A stretch of DNA of 64,000 nt, taken from NCBI GenBank assembly GCA_038851325.1, contig JAWCKZ010000004.1:5160-69159 (forward strand). The letters are read 5' to 3'. The stretch is from Candidatus Bilamarchaeaceae archaeon (GTDB taxonomy: Archaea > Micrarchaeota > Micrarchaeia > Anstonellales > Bilamarchaeaceae). A model generated the notes under the pieces. It did not search any database and had not been told where the DNA came from. It was given only the letters and a program-made list of their open reading frames with translations. Made by a program: the position numbers and the translations under genes. This document shows positions 57,307-64,000 of this stretch, in pieces; the stretch's first letter is position 1; every line of letters begins with the position of its first letter.

Positions 57307-58974
57307 ATGGGAAGGAAGTACTTTCTGTGGGTATATCTCTTTCTGCTCCTTTCCTCTCTCTCTTTTTCCGCCCTTGCATGGGAGCAGAATGTAGGGGGAA
57401 AGCAGACGACAGAACCAATAATGTTTCATGATAAAATAGCGATCGCTTCATCGGATGATAAGGTTTATCTCATCGAGCCGACCAACGGAAAGGTTGTGTG
57501 GAAAACGCCTGTGGAAGATGCTATCCAGCTCATAGAATACGGTGGAAAACTCATAGTGTTTGGAAGAAACGGAAAAGTGACCGCCATTGATCGGGATGGA
57601 AAGAACGCATGGACCTATGATTTTGGTCAGTTTAATGTAACGACACTATACGGTGCCGGAAAGAATTCAAAAGGAATGTATGTTGCAACAGACAAAGGAA
57701 TCTTCAGACTGGTAGAGAACAACGCAATTCAGATTTATTCAAAAAATGATAGTTATACACGACCGGCTGTTGAGGAGAGTTTCATTATCTTCGGTGTTGG
57801 AAAGAACATAGCAAAGATAGATCTAAACGGGAACGTTCTTTGGACGAGGGAACTCGATAAACCTATTTGGAAATCGTATCCTATCGTATCGGGACAGGCG
57901 GTTTATTTTGGCGCACTCGACAACAAATTTTATGCGTTTACAATCTCTGGGGGGCACAAGATATGGGAGGTAGTAACTGGCGGATGGATTATAGCCCCTG
58001 CAATCATAGATAGAGGTATAGTATACTTTGCAAGCAACGACGGTTATTTGTATGCTGCAAATAGCGAGAGCGGTTCTCTCTTATGGAAGAAAAGAATTGG
58101 TACAGCGGTCATGAGTGGGTTGAACTCTGGAATTATCGGGGACAAGAGCGCGGTATTTGCAGGTGGAACAGACGGGACCGTACGCGCACTGAGTGAAGAT
58201 AATGGCAAGTTTCTATGGGAGGCTACAGCAATGAGTAGGGTTGGAAAACCCATAATTTACAGAGACCTCCTAATATTCGGTTCTGATGATGGTTATACCT
58301 ACGCCTATAATATGGAACGTACCTGTTCTATTCAATCCCCCAGCAACGGTGAACGGTTTGGATACAAAGAAGTAGTTATAAGCGGAACATCTGTATCAAG
58401 AGTCGGCGAACAGCGTGTATTTATAAGCATAAACAACGGCGAATGGATAGAAACTATAGCCTCAGAAGAAGAGGGCACATGGGCGTATTATCTAAATCCG
58501 CAAACCGAACTTAATGAAGGTATGAACACTATATCCTGCAAGGTCATTGACATGGGAGGAGAGGAAAGTGGGGTTGCGTATCCCACTGTTAATGTTATTC
58601 GCGATTCAACAATCCCGCTTGATTCTTTTACAATCATACCTTTTCCAAGCAAACCCCTCGAAGGAGAGCCGTTTGTTGTATTTGTAAACAGCAACTCTGA
58701 TGGATTGCCGGTTAACAGGTTTACCCTAAGAATAAAAGAAACTGGCAATGAATATACCGGGGATAAAAACATAACTCTCAGAATCAACACAGCCGGAAGA
58801 TACACCATAGAAGTAACAAAGATTGGATATAATAAAGGTGTGACTTATGTTGAGGTGGTCTCAAAGGAAATAAATCCACTTTATTTGATTATCGGGGGGG
58901 TTCTTCTTCTTATAGTCTTGTGGCAACTTTATGAGAAAATAATAAGTAAAAAACTTAGAAGAGAAAAAGTATAG
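57307..58974 (+). CDS. Surface protein with PQQ-like beta-propeller repeats, Ig-like C-terminal domains and a C-terminal TM anchor
   Basis: Signal peptide. Repeated IYAGS-/VYFGA-/VYFAS-type blades (tryptophan docking-like). C-terminal hydrophobic helix plus KKLRREK. Confidence 0.65.
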   Translation: MGRKYFLWVYLFLLLSSLSFSALAWEQNVGGKQTTEPIMFHDKIAIASSDDKVYLIEPTNGKVVWKTPVEDAIQLIEYGGKLIVFGRNGKVTAIDRDGKNAWTYDFGQFNVTTLYGAGKNSKGMYVATDKGIFRLVENNAIQIYSKNDSYTRPAVEESFIIFGVGKNIAKIDLNGNVLWTRELDKPIWKSYPIVSGQAVYFGALDNKFYAFTISGGHKIWEVVTGGWIIAPAIIDRGIVYFASNDGYLYAANSESGSLLWKKRIGTAVMSGLNSGIIGDKSAVFAGGTDGTVRALSEDNGKFLWEATAMSRVGKPIIYRDLLIFGSDDGYTYAYNMERTCSIQSPSNGERFGYKEVVISGTSVSRVGEQRVFISINNGEWIETIASEEEGTWAYYLNPQTELNEGMNTISCKVIDMGGEESGVAYPTVNVIRDSTIPLDSFTIIPFPSKPLEGEPFVVFVNSNSDGLPVNRFTLRIKETGNEYTGDKNITLRINTAGRYTIEVTKIGYNKGVTYVEVVSKEINPLYLIIGGVLLLIVLWQLYEKIISKKLRREKV

Positions 58975-58995
58975 AGGCCGGGAGGAGGGGGTTGA

Positions 58996-59682
58996 TTGCC
59001 AGCTTTTAACAAGGAAGAGTTTAATAAATTTATAATAGAGCACAATGTCGTCGGTTTTTTTAAGGAGCCGATCACTCTAAAATCTGGAAGAAAATCAAAC
59101 TGGTATGTGAATTGGAGAACAGTCACAGAGGATACTTATCTTACAGATAAACTAACTGATTTTGTTATCTCTTTCGTGAGAGCGAGTCTGATAAAACCTG
59201 ATTGTTTTTATGGTGTTCCCGAGGGTGCGACAAAGATCGCTGTGATAACGCAGTTCAAATGGGCAAAGGCTCAGATTGACTATAGCATTGGACGATATCC
59301 TCTGCCCATGGGGAGAGGAAAGCCAAAAGAACACGGGGATCCAAAAGATAGATACTTTCTAGGAATGCCAAAAGGAAAGACGGTTGTGATAGAAGATGTA
59401 ACTACAACTGGTGGCTCTCTGATATCGGCCATCAAAACCCTAAAGGACGCGGATGTAAATGTGGTCGCTGCCATAAGCCTAACAAACCGAATGGAAAAGC
59501 GGGATGACGGCAAAACTGTTGAGGAGGTGGTATCCTCCCACGACGTAAAATATCTTGCTATGAGCGATGCGACCGAACTTCTTCCTATCGCTTACAGTAA
59601 GTTAAAACCGTCTCCAGATGTAGGGAAAAGGGTTGAAGAGTACTTCAAACTGTATGGGGTAAAGGAGGTAAAGCTTCTATGA
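58996..59682 (+). CDS. pyrE: Orotate phosphoribosyltransferase-like (type I PRTase)
   Basis: PRPP-binding motif VVIEDVTTTGGS. Adjacent to, and ATGA-coupled with, pyrF. Confidence 0.75.
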   Translation: MPAFNKEEFNKFIIEHNVVGFFKEPITLKSGRKSNWYVNWRTVTEDTYLTDKLTDFVISFVRASLIKPDCFYGVPEGATKIAVITQFKWAKAQIDYSIGRYPLPMGRGKPKEHGDPKDRYFLGMPKGKTVVIEDVTTTGGSLISAIKTLKDADVNVVAAISLTNRMEKRDDGKTVEEVVSSHDVKYLAMSDATELLPIAYSKLKPSPDVGKRVEEYFKLYGVKEVKLL

Positions 59683-60377
59683 CTATAATTAAAAGAGAGA
59701 GAAGTATTGTTATAGCGTGCGATGTTAACTTGAAACTCTATGAGAGAATACTGAAAGAAACTGCGGGCATGGAGACAGTTGGCGGCTACAAACTGGGATT
59801 CTATCTTGCACTCAGATATGGGTTACCGAAACTTGTTAAACTTGCACGCAAGTACACCGACAAACCGCTTATATACGATCATCAGAAGGCAGCAACAGAT
59901 ATCCCAGACACAGGAGAGAAGTTTGCCGAGGTCTGTAAGAACGCAGGAGTGGATGGTGTCATTCTCTTTCCACACGCAGGACCGGAAACAGAGAAAGAAT
60001 GGATAGATGCCGCAAAACGGTTTGGCTTAGGCGTGATAGTCGGTGGCCTTATGACCCATAAGGGATATCTAAAAAGTGATGGCGGATACATAGATGACGA
60101 TGCTGTACGCTCGATGTATCTTAATGCCGCAAAGCAGGGCGTGAATGAGTTCGTTGTTCCAGGAAACAAACCAGATAAAATTGCTGAGATAAAAAACATG
60201 CTTGAGACAGAGGGCGTTGAGCCGGTTTTTTATGCCCCTGGATTTATAGCGCAAGGTGGAAAGATTTCAGATGCTGCTAAGATTGCGGGAAAAAGTTGGC
60301 ATGCTATCGTAGGGCGTGCGGTTTACGAGGCAAAAGACATAAAAAATGCTGTTAAGGAATTAGGCGCTGCTCTTTGA
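59679..60377 (+). CDS. pyrF: Orotidine 5'-phosphate decarboxylase
   Basis: IACDV ... K ... YDHQKAATDIPDT catalytic Asp-Lys-Asp region. TIM-barrel length. Confidence 0.8.
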   Translation: MTIIKRERSIVIACDVNLKLYERILKETAGMETVGGYKLGFYLALRYGLPKLVKLARKYTDKPLIYDHQKAATDIPDTGEKFAEVCKNAGVDGVILFPHAGPETEKEWIDAAKRFGLGVIVGGLMTHKGYLKSDGGYIDDDAVRSMYLNAAKQGVNEFVVPGNKPDKIAEIKNMLETEGVEPVFYAPGFIAQGGKISDAAKIAGKSWHAIVGRAVYEAKDIKNAVKELGAAL

Positions 60378-60384
60378 ATTTTAA

Positions 60385-60670
60385 AAAAGACTGCTCCTGC
60401 CGGGATTTTCAACGCGCCCAAAAGTCGATTTTGGGCACTTCTCCAAAAGCGCATTTGAACCCGGGTCTACGGAGTTCCCCACCACCCAAAGCGTCTGGGA
60501 AAAACCTCGGGGCTTTTGGGTAAGCGTAAGCCTTTTGCCCTAAGATTGACAAAAGTCAAAAGGCTTCGTGAGAGTCCGTCATCCTTAAACCGCATTCCGT
60601 CGCCCTACATAGGCGACGTTAAGCGTTTGACCGGTCTAGACTACAGGAGCAAATAGACCCTGTAGCTTAT
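60385..60670 (+). ncRNA. Candidate structured ncRNA (~285 nt; identity unresolved, possibly RNase P RNA or SRP RNA)
   Basis: A 295-nt non-coding gap between convergent genes. 5' GCUCCUG-CCGG pairs with 3' CCGG ... CAGGAGC. There are several internal perfect hairpins (CCCAAAA/UUUUGGG, GUCGCC/GGCGAC, UUGAC/GUCAA). A terminal hairpin CUACAGG ... CCUGUAG is followed by a T6 tract. Confidence 0.3.
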
Positions 60671-60676
60671 TTTTTA
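60641..60676 (+). terminator. Hairpin (CTACAGG-11 nt-CCTGTAG) followed by T6, at the 3' end of the ncRNA candidate and abutting the trxB stop
   Basis: Read directly from the sequence. Archaeal terminators are oligo-T tracts. Confidence 0.4.
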
Positions 60677-61597
60677 GGATAACTTTTTAAGATAATCGTA
60701 AGCGCAAAAGGCGGCTGCTACCCCACTAGCAGCAGCAAGAATTGCTTGTTTGAATTTCGTGTCCGTAACATCGCCAGCTGCAAAAACTCCATCAACATTG
60801 GTCTTACCTTCCCTGTCAACCATTACCTCTCCGCTTTCATTCAACTTTACGCCAAGGGCCTTTGCAAGTCCAGAGGCCGCTACTCGGCCTATCTCAACGA
60901 AAACAGCATCCACTGGAAATTCTTTACTTCCGTTATATGGTTTATCAAGAATTACTGCTTTGACGCCCTTCTCGTCTCCTTTTATCTCTACTATGTTAGT
61001 ATTTGGGATTACGGTTATCTTTCTATTTTTCTCGAGCTGTTCCATTGTGACCGGTTCTGCTCTTAATTTTTCTTTTCTGTAGATAATGTAAACCTTATTT
61101 GCCCATTGCGTAAGGGTAAGCGCCTCCTTTGCAGCCGAATCGCTTCCACCCACAACTGCTATGGTTTTATCTGTGTAGAAGTATCCATCGCACAATGCAC
61201 AATAATGCACTCCTTTGTTCGCGAATTCCTCCTCACCTGGGATGCCAAGCTTTCTTACACTTGTGCCTGTTGCAAGTATGATAGAACGCGACTCGTATTT
61301 GGCGCTTGGGGTTTCAATCTCAAAGCCGCCTTTTGATTTTTTTATGGTTGTAACTATTGTGTCTTTTATCTCGATATTATACTCTCTTGCGTGCGCCTCA
61401 AGCTGCTTTGCAAGCTCTGCGCCATCTATTCTCAAAACGCCTGGCCAATTTCTTATTTCACCCGCTGTAGTCAATGCACCACCATGAAGTTCAGTTAGGA
61501 GTATTGTTTTCAGTCGCAGCCTACCAGAATACATGGCTGCAGAAAGCCCTGCAACTCCCCCACCTATTATCGCTACATCATACATAATGCTCACCAA
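60674..61597 (-). CDS. trxB: Thioredoxin reductase
   Basis: FAD motif VAIIGGGVAG, redox-active CALCDG, and NAD(P) motif VVGGSDSA. Confidence 0.9.
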   Translation of the reverse strand: MVSIMYDVAIIGGGVAGLSAAMYSGRLRLKTILLTELHGGALTTAGEIRNWPGVLRIDGAELAKQLEAHAREYNIEIKDTIVTTIKKSKGGFEIETPSAKYESRSIILATGTSVRKLGIPGEEEFANKGVHYCALCDGYFYTDKTIAVVGGSDSAAKEALTLTQWANKVYIIYRKEKLRAEPVTMEQLEKNRKITVIPNTNIVEIKGDEKGVKAVILDKPYNGSKEFPVDAVFVEIGRVAASGLAKALGVKLNESGEVMVDREGKTNVDGVFAAGDVTDTKFKQAILAAASGVAAAFCAYDYLKKLS

Positions 61598-61671
61598 AAA
61601 GATAGAGCCCTATATGTTTAAGAAATTATCAGCCGCAAAAAAGAAGGGAGGACAACGGTGTGCTGAAAAAA

Positions 61672-61899
61672 TCATGAACACGTACAAACGCCCAGATTAC
61701 ATTTCGGAATGCCAGAACTACAAGTACAGTCGCTGTCAACGTTGCACAATTGCGTTTTCTGAGCAAGCGTTTGCGTGGTGGAGTTTATATTGGTTGCTGT
61801 CTCTTTTGCTGTACTCATAAGCTGAGTTGCTGCTATCGCAACGATAGCTAGCACAACTGTTATTAATATCAACATTTCTGCTGAAAGTTGGCCTTTCAT
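61672..61899 (-). CDS. Small class III signal peptide (pilin-like) protein with Cys-rich C-terminus, 75 aa
   Basis: MKG|QLSAEMLILITVVLAIVAIAA, with Glu at +5 after the G-Q site. C-terminal CNVDSDCTCSSGIPKCNLGVCTC. Confidence 0.5.
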   Translation of the reverse strand: MKGQLSAEMLILITVVLAIVAIAATQLMSTAKETATNINSTTQTLAQKTQLCNVDSDCTCSSGIPKCNLGVCTCS

Positions 61900-61964
61900 T
61901 TCACATCACCAATATAGATTTTATGTGCGAAATATTTAAAAATCAGAATCTTAGTGTGAAGTTT

Positions 61965-62576
61965 TCACTTTTTATGCATCTTACAATCTGCTTGTGGATT
62001 TATTACTCCATCATTAATCAGCTGGGCCCTTGCTTCATATAACTCCTTCCCGAAGAAAAATTGATTCAGACATGAAGAAATCGGAATAGATGTTTTCTTC
62101 CATTTTTTACCGGTTAAATACTTAAGTGATACAACGTTCTCCTCGCCAAGTGAGACAAATTTCTCCTGAGAGATGAATGGATTGGTGGATGGCTGAGCGT
62201 TATCAGCTCGCTTTGCCACCTTTCCTTTCACTATTATCTTCTCTGCTTTTAGAAGTCTTTTTGGAAGTCGTTCGTAATTGTTTTTTAGGAAGTTAAGAAA
62301 AACATCTTTGTTTTTTATCTCGAATTCTTTCGTATAGTACACGATATTGCTCCTTTCGTTTACAACTTCCACAGGAGAATTGTGAACAGAAAAAAGATCT
62401 AAGGGGGAGTAAGCTGTGTAAATCTTTTGAAGGCCACAACAGTCGCACCATGCAACCTCCTTCGAACTGAAACCACGCAGGGGCTCTCTTAGGGTAGAAC
62501 CACAACCCATGTTAGCAATAGTAAAACCCATCGCTGCTGCTACAATACTATTCTTTACCTTCATTTTTTTAAACAT
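61965..62576 (-). CDS. Hypothetical secreted/lipoprotein-like protein
   Basis: Signal peptide with MGCGS, then a soluble region. Confidence 0.4.
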   Translation of the reverse strand: MFKKMKVKNSIVAAAMGFTIANMGCGSTLREPLRGFSSKEVAWCDCCGLQKIYTAYSPLDLFSVHNSPVEVVNERSNIVYYTKEFEIKNKDVFLNFLKNNYERLPKRLLKAEKIIVKGKVAKRADNAQPSTNPFISQEKFVSLGEENVVSLKYLTGKKWKKTSIPISSCLNQFFFGKELYEARAQLINDGVINPQADCKMHKK

Positions 62577-62756
62577 GTTATAAAATATGATAGCAAAGGT
62601 TTAAAAACTACAACGCGTGCCAGAAATTCAAGAGTCAAGATTCTCTCGGGGTGCAGCTGTTTTACTGTATTTCCTTTTCATTATACCAGTCTAACGAATC
62701 TAACCGTTTGCGGGCAATCGAGAAATATTTTTAATCCTACTCAGAGAAATGAAGCC

Positions 62757-64000
62757 ATGATTTACATCTCCCGGCTAAAGCTAAGAAATTTCAAATCCTT
62801 CAAAAATCTAAATGTTGAGCTACCGAGCAACATAATCTGCTTTGCAGGTCCGAACGGAAGTGGGAAGAGCAATGTGTGCGATTCCATACGATTCGTGCTT
62901 GGAGAGACTTCCCTGAGATCCCTTCGCGCAAAGAAGGTGCGAGACCTTATCCATATAGACTCCAAAACAGCAGAGGTTACGCTTACTTTTGATGGAGAAG
63001 CAAAATATGATATAAAGCGCGCAATAAGAGACGATGGAAAGATAATATACAGATTAAACGGTAAGAAGACGACGCGTACAGCTCTCCTCGAACTCCTAAA
63101 GAAATATAACCTCGACAGCTCCGGACGAAACATTATCGCACAGGGCGAAGTCCAAAGGATAGCGAGCATAAGCGGAAAGGAACGTAGAGAGATAATCGAT
63201 TCTGTTGCCGGAATATCGGACTATGAGGCAAAGAAAAAAGAGGCGCTTAGTGAGTTGGCAGTCGTAGATGGAAGAATAAACGAGGCAAACATAGTGCTTG
63301 GAGAACGAATTGCATTCCTCGACGAACTGGGAAAAGAAAGAAACACTGCCCTCAGATACAAGGACGCTAAGGAGAGGCTTGATTCCGCAAGGGCAGCACT
63401 CATTCGTAGCGAGATAGCACGGTATGAAAAAGAACTCGAGCGATATGAAAAGCAGAAGAGAGCACTCAACGAAAGAACAAAGACTGCCGAAGAACAACTA
63501 AAGAGCATACAAGCGAAAATAGCTAAAACAGAGGAGGAAAGATTTGAGATAAGTAAAGAACTGCAAAAAAAGCAAAAGAGCACGGAAGAGATAAGGAGGA
63601 TAGAAGAGTTAAAGGCGAGAATAGCTTCGCTCAGGCAAACAACCAGTGAAAAAAAAGAACTGGCTATAAGGTTGTCTAAGGAACAAGCAAGGCTCGAGAA
63701 AGAGTTGAACGAAGAAAATGAGAGGATGGAAAAAATAGCAGGAGAACTTAAAGAAATGGAAAAAGAACTTCTGAACACAGAACCGCTTCTTATAGAAGAA
63801 AACGTGGACATTGGAAAGGCCGCTGAACTTAGAAGGAAAAAAGAAAAAATTGAAGGAGAACTTCAGGAACTAAGAGAAAAAAACGCAGCCAGAGAGGCCG
63901 AGACTAAAGGAAAGAAGGAACAGGTTGAGATGCTTAGGAGGCAATTGAGGGAATTTTGTGAAAGTTGCGAAACAGAAAATGCGGAAAGAGAAATAAGTGA
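62757..64000 (+). CDS. smc: SMC chromosome segregation ATPase, N-terminal part (continues beyond the window)
   Basis: Not in the ORF track because there is no stop within the window. MIYISRLKLRNFKSF ... Walker A FAGPNGSGKSN, then a long K/E-rich coiled coil. Confidence 0.85.
   Translation, partial: MIYISRLKLRNFKSFKNLNVELPSNIICFAGPNGSGKSNVCDSIRFVLGETSLRSLRAKKVRDLIHIDSKTAEVTLTFDGEAKYDIKRAIRDDGKIIYRLNGKKTTRTALLELLKKYNLDSSGRNIIAQGEVQRIASISGKERREIIDSVAGISDYEAKKKEALSELAVVDGRINEANIVLGERIAFLDELGKERNTALRYKDAKERLDSARAALIRSEIARYEKELERYEKQKRALNERTKTAEEQLKSIQAKIAKTEEERFEISKELQKKQKSTEEIRRIEELKARIASLRQTTSEKKELAIRLSKEQARLEKELNEENERMEKIAGELKEMEKELLNTEPLLIEENVDIGKAAELRRKKEKIEGELQELREKNAAREAETKGKKEQVEMLRRQLREFCESCETENAEREIS

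Noticed and set aside
60378-60676. Assigning the structured RNA specifically as SRP RNA or RNase P RNA
   Set aside because: I could not find the SRP helix-8 GGAA / AGCA symmetric-loop motif. I also could not find a convincing RNase P P4 pair (GGAAAGUCCGG / ACAGAAnCCGGCUUA) in the right positions. It is reported as an unassigned ncRNA candidate only.
62762-63811. Three minus-strand ORFs of 133-196 aa
   Set aside because: Antisense to the SMC coiled-coil coding region (which has no stop in the window and was therefore missing from the track). Ser/Phe/Leu-rich artefacts.
1-64000. CRISPR arrays, rRNA genes, intact IS elements or prophage
   Set aside because: No regularly spaced repeats of 24-40 nt, no 16S/23S/5S-like conserved stretches, and no DDE transposase or integrase ORF were found. 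Only the short IS630-like HTH fragments were seen.

Overview
This window reads as a gene-dense archaeal chromosomal segment of roughly low-40s % GC, with about 70 coding genes that are mostly housekeeping and often translationally coupled (ATGA/TAATG overlaps).

Genes called with good support:
- Replication and repair: MCM helicase, GINS51-like subunit, Hjc resolvase, an SMC N-terminus, and a T4 endoV-like pyrimidine-dimer glycosylase.
- Translation: LeuRS, archaeal non-discriminating GluRS, archaeal TyrRS, aIF2-alpha, ribosomal proteins L11, L44e, S27e and L14e, Nop10, Cbf5, Trm5, a TtuA/NcsA-type tRNA thiolase, and diphthine synthase.
- SAM and polyamine metabolism: a bacterial-type MetK, MTA phosphorylase, an MtaD-like deaminase, and a deoxyhypusine synthase / pyruvoyl arginine decarboxylase / agmatinase cluster.
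- Other metabolism and membrane: isopentenyl phosphate kinase, CDP-alcohol phosphatidyltransferase, pyrE-pyrF, thioredoxin reductase, and a presenilin-like protease.

Two intron-containing tRNA genes are on the minus strand. One is tRNA-Thr(UGU) with a canonical 20-nt anticodon-loop intron. The other is a 171-nt tRNA-Arg(CCG) that appears to carry two introns, a short one in the D-loop and an ~88-nt one in the T-loop.

Accessory-looking content includes:
- a class-III-signal-peptide pilin-like gene followed by a 741-aa multi-Ig-domain surface protein;
- a membrane-anchored HTH regulator coupled to a secreted cysteine-rich repeat protein;
- IS630-like transposase HTH fragments next to the tRNA-Arg, plus a lysine-rich 595-aa unknown protein;
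- an AT-rich decayed stretch with a pseudogene-like fragment beside a secreted peptidase-like lipoprotein;
- several long structured intergenic regions that may encode ncRNAs, the best being ~60.38-60.67 kb between convergent pyrF and trxB.

No CRISPR array and no rRNA were seen. Functional calls rest on motifs I recognise by eye; no database searches were run.
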